From Lepidodermella squamata (lineage: Eukaryota; Animalia; Gastrotricha): a stretch of 64,000 nt of DNA. The stretch lies in contig JBLDXI010000009.1 in assembly GCA_047495785.1 (NCBI GenBank), positions 992,001-1,056,000 on the forward strand, read 5' to 3'. This document shows positions 40,101 to 51,486 of the stretch, piece after piece; within the stretch, counting starts at the first letter, position 1, and each line of letters starts with the position of its first letter. The notes below the pieces were generated by a model. That model was not told the DNA's origin, did no database searches, and saw only the letters and a program-made list of their open reading frames with translations. The translations under genes and the position numbers were made by a program.

Positions 40101-42236
40101 CAAATGACAATCGACGACTATTGCGACACAATTCCTCAAATCGTCATCAAAAACCTGATCAAAGCTTTGGTCGCTAAGCAGGAAAAGAAAAACGTCGTAG
40201 TCCAGCCTGCCACAAAGGTGTCTCCAGTTCCGGTTTCAAGGCGGTCTTCTTCGATCAGCGCCCGCGTCTCTTCGCCTACTGCCTCGTCCATTCACTCGAA
40301 TCGTTCGGCTCGTCGAACAAAAACATTTGTATGTCGAATTGAAAACGTGCAAATCATGTGTACCGATAGTGGAAATGTCACGCCCCGCTTTGTTTTTACC
40401 ATGGATGGATTGCAGTTTGGTGCAAGCATGTTTGCCTTCCGTGGCGATGAATTGCGCGAAGGTTGGTACTGTTTATGAATATTTGAAGTAATTTATCCTC
40501 TTTTATTTTTAGCAACTGCTGGAACGTTTCAAGCGTCAGCCAAACGGATGCAGCTGGATAACTACGTTGCTCAGGGTTCGAAGTCTTCTAACTGCACATT
40601 CCCCGTCATACTGCTGTCTTCTGCTCCCGATGGTTCTCCCCAATGCTTCCGGTTAAGTGGAACTTTGTTGAATCGTCTTGGGGAAACAACCATCACGTCT
40701 TTGGCGCTGTCTCCTGGCTCGTTTACAGCCTTTGTCGAGGACATCAACATGCGTGATCTGGTTGATTACATCCTGCGATTGGTTTGCGCTTTTGAGAAGG
40801 AAGATGTTAGCCTATCTTGCGCTATTCCGCCCAATCCACTACCGTTGCGTGGCTTTTCCATCGACGCTTGCAGTGTAGATCTGACGGTTCGAGCGTCGCT
40901 ATACGTTTACATTGCAGCCAACCGGACGCCACTGAATTTGAGCGCCTTTAAACTGAGTTCGACTTCATTGACATGGTCTCAGTTGATTCATCGTCTGACT
41001 ACATTCTATGTGAGAGGTGCCATTTTCCGAGCTGGTCTCTTGTTTGGTTCGTTGAATATCATCGGACGGCCGCTTTCTCTCGTCAGAACAACGACCTCTG
41101 CCGTTCGCGACATTTGCTACTCGCCGTTTTCTGGCCGAGGTATACTTTTGACTGCTTCTAGCGCTGCAAGGAGTGTTTTGGCCGATGCCATTTTGAGCGT
41201 CGCCGACTTTGCTGAATCAGTGGGCCGAAATGTCAACTTCTCCAGCCAACCACCGATGTCACCTGCTCATCAGCCGGAGACTGTTTTTGAGGGCTTGAAG
41301 CAAGGCTTTACGGCCCTGGGAATAAGTTTGGTTGGCGCAATAGGTGGTCTGGCTGGTCGCCCGATGGAGGAGATTTTGAATGCCTTGGAAGCGTCTGATT
41401 CGGACCAAACTACTGTTGCTCGAAGTGGCGGATTTTCCTCCCTCGCTCGCGTTTCTGCTGCTGCAACTCGTGGTGTTGGTCTCGGAATTGTTGGCTTGGT
41501 AACGCAGCCCATGGCCGGTATTTCTGAATTTGTTGCCGTGACAGGTCATGGTCTATTGAACTCGGTTGGGCAACCTAATTTGCCTCGTGTCGCTGATATG
41601 CAACCATTCTTCTTCCAAAAAGACAAGCTAGATTCAAGGAACGTTTGGTATCGAATCGAAGATTCTCTTGCGTCTTTCCATTTCACAGGTGGTCACGTGA
41701 TTGCGTTGCTTCGGACTGAAGTCTCCAGTATCTGCGTCATTTTGTGTCGCAAAACCTTGTCACTGTTCAATTTATCCGAAAGAATTTTGCAGCAGTCATT
41801 TAGCCTATCGGATATTGAAATCATTGTTGAAGAAGCTGGGGATTCTTCTTCCGGAAACAATGTGATCAAGGTTTATCGAAAACTGTCTAGCTCTCGAACC
41901 ATTGAAGATGAGGATAATGGTCATCATGGATTAGGCGATGAGATTGATCTTAATCGGTGGCGTGTCGAAGCTTACCTTGCATCCTCAGCCGGTCCTCTTG
42001 CCACAGAAACCAGGGATGCGGTGAGATCGCCCCCTACTTATGGCATCTATTCTTCCGCTCTGTCAGTGCAAAAATCAAAGCAGAAAGTGTCAAATTCATC
42101 AAATTGGCAGAACCAACAACCACTTTGTTCTCTGGTCATTCATAAATCGCATAGTCTGAATAATGTGACGCGATTTTTGACGGTTTTTCTCTATTTGCGA
42201 GATGTCCTTTCTCCTAATTTTTCTGTAGATAAATAG
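31113..42236 (+). CDS. VPS13B: VPS13B/COH1 bridge-like lipid transfer protein; ~7 exons, including one of ~6 kb
   Basis: Chorein N-terminus MFKLESYLSPFLL.....YVK.....FKLSLWEGDAV..KLDLRL, SGRIQELRIHVPWTKLGSEP and YRCSLQCR. Internal NPALQWN, DDLR and WSYPEPR.LT. C-terminal QLDN, GAIFRAGLLFGSLNIIG and GISLVGAIGGLA..P. Confidence 0.92.
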
Positions 42237-42548
42237 ACACAGAGAATATTCAACCGGGAATTTAATTTTTGTTTGCTTGATCTGTTCCTGGTGCTGAATT
42301 ATCTGTGACGAATTCTAAAGCGAGCTATGCTCCATTTATATTAACTATGCGGAGGTTGTAGTCAATTGTGAGTCTTTTGGGTTTAACCTATTGTTTGTGA
42401 CTTTCTTGCTGATCTTTCTCTTGAAGAAGCATGTTTAAAGATTAACGATATTTATTCTGAATTTCTAAATTTTCTGAGAGTATAAAAGGTGAAGGAATGT
42501 ACATGATTATGTTTTACTACTAGGAAATATTTAATTCCATTAGATAAG

Positions 42549-45470
42549 ATGGATGCCGTGAGCTTGGCTCCGGATGCGGATCTTGACGAGTCGATTGACA
42601 GAGCCGATTTTTCCGTCGAGTTCACTCCTGAAATTTTACAGATTCTGGACTCAGTTCTCCCAAGCGAAGATCCCTTAGATCGTCCCGATTTCGACATAGT
42701 TGCTTACATCAATCAAGTGTTTCCCAACGAGCAATCGCTTGCCAATATCGATGGTGTTATATCAGAAGTGCGCGGCAAAATACAGTAAGCTTCACCTACC
42801 CTCGTTCGTGCTTCAACTTCAAATTATTCTTTCAGCAAACTGGACGACGATATTATTGCCGTTGTACGTGGACAGGCTGTAGCTGCGACAGCAAATGATG
42901 GTGCCGATGACGGTAGAGCGGCGTTGAGGGAAGCCGAAGGAGCCATCAAAAACCTCATCGGAAAAATCGTCGATATTAAATGTAATTATTTACTTTTGTT
43001 TGCTTTATCAAAATAATCATCTTTATTTGTGCGTCAGCGAAAGCCGAGAAATCTGAAGACATGGTGAAAGAAATTACTCGCGATATAAAACAGCTGGACC
43101 AGGCAAAACGAAATCTGACGCTATCAATTACGGCGCTTAGTAACTTAGAAATGCTTGCGACTGGCGTGGATTCCCTGGTTCAATTGTCGAAGCAGCGAAA
43201 ATACGCTGAAGTTTCCAGGATGCTGCAAGGTGTTGAGAACGTAGTTCAGCAGTTCGGTAACTACATGCATATTCCTCAAATTCGGGAAATGGCCGATAAG
43301 GTCAAAATGATCCAGTCGGACCTTTCGCAGCAAATAATGACGGATTTCAAAGACGCTTTTCAAGGTGGCGGGCTTCGACACGGATCCGGTCCAACGCAGC
43401 AGCAGTTGACAGAAGCGTGTCTTGTCGTTCAAGTCTTACCGCAGCGTGTTCGCCAAGAATTGCTGACATGGTTCATACAGCTTCAGCTCTCCGAGTATCT
43501 AGTACTTTTCGCTGATACTCAAGAATCGGCATGGCTAGATAAAATCGACAAGCGTTTTGGTTGGATCAAGCGGTTACTTGTTGACTTTGATGATACATAT
43601 GCACCGCTATTTCCTCCTAGTTGGAATGTTACCGAGAGAATTTGCGTCGAATTTTGCCGGACAACTAGGAATGAACTTTCTAAGTTGATGCAAAGGCGCT
43701 CAGCCGACATTGATGTCTCAACTTTGCTCTTTGCTATTCAAAAGACTACAAACTTCGAGCAACTGGTCGCTAAAAGGTTCGCTCGTTTGAAAACAAACAA
43801 GTGTCAATTCATGCTTCTTATGTCTATAGGTTTACTGGTGAGTCGATCGAGAATCGCGACCCTACCAGATCGCCATTTGCTGGCATAATTTCTAAATGTT
43901 TCGAGCCGCATCTGGTTGTCTACATTGACGCTCAAGATAGAAACTTGGCTGAGATGATGATTAAATGGCAGTTGGAATTACGCCAGCAGCAACCTTCGAA
44001 CACCTCACTCAGCGGTGGCGTTCTTCCACCTGACCCTCTAGCTGCCGCAGCCGCATCTGAAGGCTCCAATGTCTTCCGATCGGCTGGAGATTTGTTCCTT
44101 TTCTACAAAGATTGCCTGCGTCAATGTACTTCGCTGAGCTCTGGACAGCCGATGCTGGAACTCACCCGTGTTTTTCAAAAATATCTACGAGATTATGCAC
44201 AGAAGATTTTGTCTGCAGCTCTTCCGAACCCTCGGCAGCCGTCATCCGCCAGCGCTACTCTTGCAGCTTCGGTGGCTGGTAAAGACTTCAGCACTGCCGC
44301 AGCTGCTGCTGGATCTCTGTTCGGGTCGCTATTGAAAGACGAACGAACTGGACAGTCGTCTAGCGATGCCATCAGGCTAACCGACGGTGAACTGGGACGT
44401 GCCTGTGCAGTCCTGTGTACTGCCGAATATTGCTTGGATACCACGGGACAGCTTCAAGAGAAGCTGAAGGAAAAAATTGACAAAGAACTCGTCGATAAAG
44501 TTAACCTAGCGCATGAGCAAAGCCATTTTAATAAGTAAGCTCGAGTCTAAACTCAATAATTCGTTTTTATTTCGACTTTACTCACAGTGCTATTGGTCAA
44601 ACGATTCAACTACTTGTTGCAGATCTCGAATCAGCCTGCGATACCGCGCTATTGGCGATGACACGTTTGAATTGGAATACGGTCGAGACCGTGGGAGACC
44701 AGTCGCCTTTCGTAACCACCCTTGTCAGCCACTGGAGATCAACCGTGCCAGTTATCCGCGCCGGTCTCAACGACTGCCGGCAGTATTTCACGCAATTTTG
44801 TATCAAATTCGCAAAGTAATTTCAATTTTTCCGCTATCGTTTTCATTTCATATGGTTTCATTTTGTGTGTAGCGTATTCGTAACTAAGTACGCGCTTCAT
44901 TTATTCAAGTGCCGCTTGGCCGGAACTATGGGTTGTGAGCAGTTATTGCTAGACACGCATTCTTTGAAAACTGTTCTGCTCGATTTGCCTAACTTGGGAA
45001 GCAGCGAAAGTCGAAAAACACCAGCTTCCTACACAAAAATTGTTGTGAAAGGTATGACTAGGGCGGAGATGATTTTGAAGCTGGCTAACTTCCCGATTGA
45101 ACCTGCGACAACTTTTGTTGATAACTACGTTCGATTGTTGCCGGATGGCGACGCGTCAGAGTTCCAAAAGCTGTTAGAGATGAAGGTCGGTTGATAGCGA
45201 CATTATGTTGTCAACAAATTTAAAATCATTTTTTCCTTTTTCTAGTGTTTGAAGAAGTCGGACCAACCATCTTTGATTGAGCTTTACAGACAAAGGCAAC
45301 GGCAGCATTCGGGTTCCGTGTCGGAAGTTCCTGCGCGTAGCGAGGCGGAGAAGCCTACCGCTTCATCGGCATCGATCGCTGTGGTTTCACCAGGTGACAG
45401 TAGCAGAGGTGACGTTCCGCCTAGTCAATCGTTGAACAAATTGGAGAAATTGATCAAAAGGCATCTATGA
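42549..45470 (+). CDS. VPS53: GARP/EARP tethering complex subunit VPS53; ~8 exons
   Basis: [84 protein letters not shown] and EFQKLLEMK. Confidence 0.96.
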
Positions 45471-46181
45471 GACAATAAGCTGTGTTGTCCTTAAATCATT
45501 CAATTGGTGTTAACTATTTATAAAAGCTTTTCCAGCGATTTCAGTGCAATGTTCAGTCTACTAAAATTATTAGTCATACGAAAATAAAGCTTACTAATGA
45601 GTTTTACATCTTGACGAGTCATTCGCCAGGTTGGTGAAGAAACTATTTCTTATCGAGTTAAATTTGAAAAATCTGTGTTAAGACTCGATATTTCAAATAA
45701 TTGTTCAGGATCTTAACTGCACATGTTGGAGACCTCATTGTTTAAGTCGACTTCGGTGACAGCACAGCACGAGCTCTGAACCGCTACCAGTAATTCACGT
45801 GAACAGAATGCTCTCTCAGCTTTTACCATATATAAGTTGATCGATGAAAACTTGGAAACATCATCATCATTATTTCTTCAAAGTATGGACCGCTTCAAAA
45901 TTTTGGACTCGTTCGTTTCATTTCTGTTGATCAATACATGAAATTGAGCTTGCACCTTCTCCAAGGTCTTAACGTCTTACGCCTAAATTAAATAGCTCTC
46001 TCGATCGGTGATCTACGAATCAGATCCCACTTGATAATGAAGTGTTGGTCTAAATTAATGCGACAGCCAAATTTGATAACACTTCTCAACTCAAAAGCAG
46101 AATTGTGTATAGCGGTCTCTTTATTCTCCTCTCACAATGAAAATTATTAACACAATGCTACTGCAGCAAGCGTTAAGACGT

Positions 46182-46700
46182 TTATTCGAGCTCTTCCGAA
46201 CGCAACCGGGCGTTGGCGTTGGTGACCTTGATTCCCAGTTGTTGAGCACGTTCGACAATGGTCTTGCGCTGACGGCTGGATACAGCGTGGAAGATTTCCG
46301 CAGCGTATGAGCCGCTCTGCATCAACAGGACTTCAAGATCCTGGTCAATAACGGTGTGAGCAAAAATTTCGCCAAGCCTAATATATCATGAACATACCTT
46401 GATGTTGCGCACAACAACCTTCCGGAAACCATCGGGACACACGTGCTTGGTGCGCTGGGCGGATCCATAACCGATCTTGGGCATAAGATATTGACCCTTG
46501 AACTTGCGGCGAACGCGGTTATCAATACCATGAGGCTTGCGCCAGCTAGGCTGTGGTTAAAATTACGTCTTCATTACAACGTCATCGCTTCACAAGAAAT
46601 AAAATACCTTGAGCTTGTTATAACGATCAGACTGATGGCGGATAAACCTCTTCGTCCGCTTTTTGACGACCCTCGGCTTGGACAATGGGCGAATGGCCAT
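46182..46700 (-). CDS. RPL32: 60S ribosomal protein L32 (eL32); three exons
   Basis: Spliced translation [31 protein letters not shown]|[30 protein letters not shown]...|DLEVLLMQ...[26 protein letters not shown]. Not in the ORF track. Confidence 0.97.
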
Positions 46701-46767
46701 CTTAATTATCTAATCACCTATGAGTAATAATAACATGGTAATATTGATGTAAAATGGCACAATTAAA

Positions 46768-47932
46768 TTAAAAATGCTTTCGAGGCCGACCCGTATACTT
46801 CGAATTAGGTCTGGCATCCTGCCCTTTAGCAATACGGCGCTCTTTTTTATCCATAATCCACTGACGTGATTTAACAGAGGCTCGAGGTTTCTTAGACGAG
46901 TAATGGCTTTTCACATTACGGCTGTAAGGTATATGTTCCCCGTCCTCAACATCCTCGTCCAATGTGGAGTTCATAGCTTTTGGAAGCTGGTTCATTGAAC
47001 CACCAGCAAACAACACCAAAAAGATTCTATTAAAACATCGTGACCATAGAATGCGAAAAATTGAATGTGATAAGATACAACTTTTTAGCTTTGGTACTTT
47101 CGGGGAAGTCGACAACAACGCCGCCGCCAAAACCTGCACGCATAGCTTGTGCAGTCATTAGATCCAGCTAAGAAGAAAATATATAATTAGCATACAATTT
47201 CTTACAGAATTATCTACCTGTGAATCGTTTTCAGGATATACTTGAAACACGGCTCTAGAACCATACGCCTAAATATATACTGACCTCAAACACCTAACAT
47301 CGAGTCGGTCCGAAGATTTACCATGGCAGAATAGAGAGTTGAAAAAAATGTTGCGAATCGCTTTATAGGGTTGTGTTTCGCATTGTCCGAGTTGCACAGC
47401 CACTGTAAAGCTGAGATACTGATCACTCCGTCGAACATACCAGGTCTAAACGGAACACCTAAGCCCATATCAGCAAGCACCAGATCACCCTCCACCTCTC
47501 TCTCAATCGCAACATCCAACATTGCCGAACTAATATCCATGCCTATCCATAAATGACCAGCTTCTGAAATGCAGTCGCCGCTGAGCCCCGAGCCACACCT
47601 GTAGTATCATGCGTCTCAAAAATTATGAAAACAATAAATGATCGAAGCTCACCCAATATCCAATAGCAACCTCTGTTCATCATCTTCCGGAAGATTCAAC
47701 AATTCTAAAGCTCTCTGTGAAAGTTGTTCTTGAACTTCGATGATTCGAGAGCTGCAAGCAACAAACAGTTGAAACAATTCGAGTTTGACTAGCTCTTCTT
47801 ACTTTGAGGAATATTTTGCAGCTTCCGTTTCATCGTAAAACTAAAGTAGAAAGATGCATTTACTCATTCACATTGAATGTTAATCATTACCAGATCAGGT
47901 GGACCCACGTGCTCAGGACGCTTTGAAGGCAT
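46768..47932 (-). CDS. BUD23: 18S rRNA guanine-N7 methyltransferase BUD23/WBSCR22; multi-exon
   Basis: [14 protein letters not shown]|[15 protein letters not shown]|[37 protein letters not shown] and SKYTGRPRK. Confidence 0.96.
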
Positions 47933-49741
47933 TAACAAGGTTTAGAATTGAGTGGCTATTTCCGTCTAGGAAAACGAGGGTAAACATCAAAAATAAATAA
48001 TAAACATGGGGAAAGAAAATCAGTAATCAGTCTTAATCAGTAGGCCATTCCAGCAAAATAACAGATCGGATTCCATCAAATCGGTAGTACTTCAAGCGTC
48101 TAGCTTGGAAGGGCTTCAAAAAGTGCAGATGATCGATAGTAATCTCCACGTGATCATTTTCTGTCTCTCCATCAAAGAGCTGAGAGCTAATTGTAGCGAA
48201 ATGCCACAGAATCTTGAACCCTGCAACAGCAGCCAAAGCGCCGGTCTCTTGCCTCATCCTTCTCCCGGGTTTCAAGCCGAACTTGGAAAACTTAGAGAGA
48301 CCCAACCGCATGGGTCATTTTGTAAATTTTGCTAATAAGTTAAGAAACTAAAACTACAGCTATCTTCATATATTAAAATATTTTCTGTCACAGCTTACCG
48401 CGAACGTTGTTTGAATTTCTCATCCTTAATAAGTCGGGACAAATGTTTGGCTTTTTTTACGACGACAGTTGCCTACTTCACCATCCGTAACTGTTGTCAC
48501 TGGAGTTGACGATTTTCGAAGGCTAAACGTGGTTGTTTTTGTGTGCTAAAGAATAAAGAAGTCAAACATGTCCTTTGGCCCGAGTCGCTCCCAGCGATCC
48601 TTGCGCCCGGAAGACCTTGGACCTTATGAATCCATTCATGCGTTATCCATCGATCTTCATTATTTATCTTGCTTGCTTTGTGTCCATGTGCTTGGGTTTG
48701 TGACAGGTATATTAAAGCTCCCGAAAGTTAAAATAGCTACTCTTCCGTTTTTTACAATGAATTCAATGAATGAGTCTCTTTCCGCCTTGGTAAAATGCTT
48801 TTGACTCCACCTTCGTCATTCAATGTTAACAGTTACTAGTCTCTGCTCGAGTGGCCTCTAAAATGTCTGAAGCTGAATGTAGGACATTCCTCGTAGGTCA
48901 AAACCCTATGAAACTGTTGTCGAATTAGTCTGTCGGTTTGTCCCGGGTCCCGGCCAGATTTGTCATTTAACAGTTTCGTAATGCACATACGGGCAAACAA
49001 ATTACCATGGCTTCTTTCTCGTTTTACCAACACCTTGGCTAAAAGCTCTCTTCATCAGGTAAAATAGCCTTACATACAACTTCGGGCCAATTGTATAGCT
49101 TGCGAATCACGAGGCTTTCTCATTTAGTAACTGGCGGGTAGGAAACTGAGTACGGGGAACGGGGAATACTATGAAGCCAGATTGTGAGTTTCGGAAGATC
49201 TTGTTGCTTGTTGCGAAAATTTCGCACGCCTCTTGATGGACCATTGCTAAAATGTTCACGTATACCATATGCGCGAAAATGTCTATACGTACATGGTGTT
49301 GTGATATGTTTCGAAGGTACATAACTTTCGAAGGTACATACTCATTTCGAATTTTAATCTCAGATATCCGATCTGGCGATTCTCACAATTCTTCTATTGT
49401 GGATTCTGCGGAATTTTAGCCCAGCTTTGGGACCCCGTATTGCATCCGATGTAATTTTACCGCCAACTAGAACTAACTTTATCGCAGCAACCTGTTCAAG
49501 CTTATGATATTTATTGTCCAGTTGTGAAATTACAAGCCATAAGTCAATCCAAAATATCTGTTAAGTCGTGAAAACTGTGTAAGAATGGCTATTTTCGCGT
49601 AAATACATATCAACAACCTGACCCAAGAAGTTACTTATTTCCATTCATTTTCAATCACCTATGTGTTCTCTAGTGCAAACTTCTCTTAAAGGGGGCTTGC
49701 AGATTTTAAATTTAGTCACCACATATAATCGAAGCTGCGGG

Positions 49742-51400
49742 ATGGCCCAAGAGAAGCGATCTGTTATTCACTTTGGAAGCCTCGAGGAACACTTTGCTAA
49801 AGAACAGCAGTCAGCTAAGGACCAACCAGAGGCAAAGGAAGCTCCTCGGGATGTCGATGCTGCTGAAACCATGCCCATGGATCAATCTCAGCCTCTTACT
49901 GATGCTCAGATGGCTTTGCTGCAAGATTTGGAAATGCGCAAAAAAGCTAGAGCAGTCCTGGTACCAACCGACGATGCTGAAATTAAATTGGCTCTACGGC
50001 GAATGGGAGAGCCTATTTGTTTATTTGGCGAAGGTCCCGCTGAACGACGCGAGCGTTTACGTGATTTAATCGCAAGGAGAGGATATGACCAAAGCAAGAA
50101 AGAGGAGGCTTCTCGACGTGATGAAGCTGCAGCAGCGGCAGCTTCGAAGCTAGAGTTGGGAGTATCATCTGATGCTGCCAATATTCTGGGGAAACTGGAG
50201 GGTGAAACGTCAAAACGATCTGTTGAACAGGACAACGCAAATGTTACGTGGTACCACGAAGGTTCGCAAGCCCTTCTTGAGGCTCGGTTGTGGTTAGCCT
50301 CCCATAGTGTCGCCAATGCCCGCTCTAGGTTAAAAGATGAACGCGAGTGGTTGAGCCTACCCGCAGCGCAAAGGCAGGCGAAACGGCACGATTTGCGAAC
50401 GAAGCTTACGGCGATGGGCAGCTCTGCGAGTCAGGTTGGAGATAATCGACCTCTCGCGTCAGTTGCATTTAGCGAGGCGGATGAATCGGGAAGCAGTCAA
50501 ATGCTAGCCACTGCAGGTTGGTCCGGATCAGTTAAGCTGTGGTCCGTTCCTGACTGCAACCCTTTGATGAGTTGGCGAGGCCACGCAACTCCTGCTACTT
50601 GCGTTGCGTTTCACCCAGATGCCACTAAACCCCCAGATACTGGTTCCACCGAAATGACGGACTCTGTTGGCGGAACTGTTGCAGTCGCTAGCTGCGCTCA
50701 TGACGGTACTGTTCGTTTATGGAGCATTGATTCGCCCGAGCCTCTGGCTGATTTGGAGGGTCATGCACCTCATCGTGTATCTCGTGTTAGCTTTCATCCA
50801 TCTGGTCGCTTTTTGGCGACGTGCTGCTTTGACTCTTCATGGCGATTATGGGATCTCGAGGTGGGCGAGGAATTGCTTCATCAGGAAGGCCACACCAGGG
50901 CAGTGTATGACATAGCATTTCACCCAGACGGCGGTCTCGCGGCTAGTGCGTCATTGGACTGTTTTGCTCGACTGTGGGATCTGCGTACGGGAAGATGCGT
51001 TCTATTCATGGACGGTCATCAGCGCCCAGTTTTAGGTGTCGATTTTTCGCACGATGGCCTATTAATTGCGACCGCGTCACAGGACAACACTGTTCGTCTA
51101 TGGGATTTACGTCAGCGCTCTTGTTCTTATACTCTACCTGCTCATACTGGCTCGATTTCTCAAGTTAAATTTGGTAGCGCTCGTACTGATGGCAAAAGTA
51201 ACACAGCAGTTGGTTTCTTAGCAACTGCGAGTTACGACGGTACGTTACGTTTGTGGGACAGTCCAAGCTGTGCACCGCTTAGGACTTTGGCTGGTCATGA
51301 ATCGAGGGTCACCTCCGTCGCGATTGCACCTGGAGCTCAAATGATCGCTTCGGCCTCTTTCGACAGAACTTTCAAGCTGTGGACTCCTCTTACCGTGTAA
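49742..51400 (+). CDS. PRPF4: U4/U6 snRNP WD40 protein Prp4; intronless
   Basis: IHFGSLEE; PRP4 motif VPTDDAEIKLALRRMGEPICLFGEGPAERRERLR; TWYHEG; SQVGDNRP; WD40 repeats including ELLHQEGH, WDLRTGRC and SFDRTFKLW. ATG 49742 is preferred over the ORF start at 49661. Confidence 0.96.
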   Translation: MAQEKRSVIHFGSLEEHFAKEQQSAKDQPEAKEAPRDVDAAETMPMDQSQPLTDAQMALLQDLEMRKKARAVLVPTDDAEIKLALRRMGEPICLFGEGPAERRERLRDLIARRGYDQSKKEEASRRDEAAAAAASKLELGVSSDAANILGKLEGETSKRSVEQDNANVTWYHEGSQALLEARLWLASHSVANARSRLKDEREWLSLPAAQRQAKRHDLRTKLTAMGSSASQVGDNRPLASVAFSEADESGSSQMLATAGWSGSVKLWSVPDCNPLMSWRGHATPATCVAFHPDATKPPDTGSTEMTDSVGGTVAVASCAHDGTVRLWSIDSPEPLADLEGHAPHRVSRVSFHPSGRFLATCCFDSSWRLWDLEVGEELLHQEGHTRAVYDIAFHPDGGLAASASLDCFARLWDLRTGRCVLFMDGHQRPVLGVDFSHDGLLIATASQDNTVRLWDLRQRSCSYTLPAHTGSISQVKFGSARTDGKSNTAVGFLATASYDGTLRLWDSPSCAPLRTLAGHESRVTSVAIAPGAQMIASASFDRTFKLWTPLTV

Positions 51401-51486
51401 CATTTCTTATCGAAATAATAAATTCATGTAGCAACTTTGTATCCATGTCTTCTATTGATTTGTATGTTATTGCAGTCTAGATATTT

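Noticed and set aside
32804-44444. Many antisense and alternate-frame ORFs within VPS13B and VPS53
   Set aside because: Shadow ORFs of long coding exons, with no independent evidence.
45895-45912. Sm-site-like AATTTTGGA suggesting a spliced-leader RNA gene
   Set aside because: No convincing upstream leader exon with a GT donor in a stem-loop. The motif is short and expected by chance, so no SL RNA gene is claimed in this window.
48033-49340. Stop-interrupted coding-like sequence (e.g. FTKAERDSFIEFIVKNG on the minus strand) and a short direct repeat TTCGAAGGTACATA near 49310..49340
   Set aside because: It could be a decayed transposon or pseudogene, but I could not assign a family or build an intact gene.
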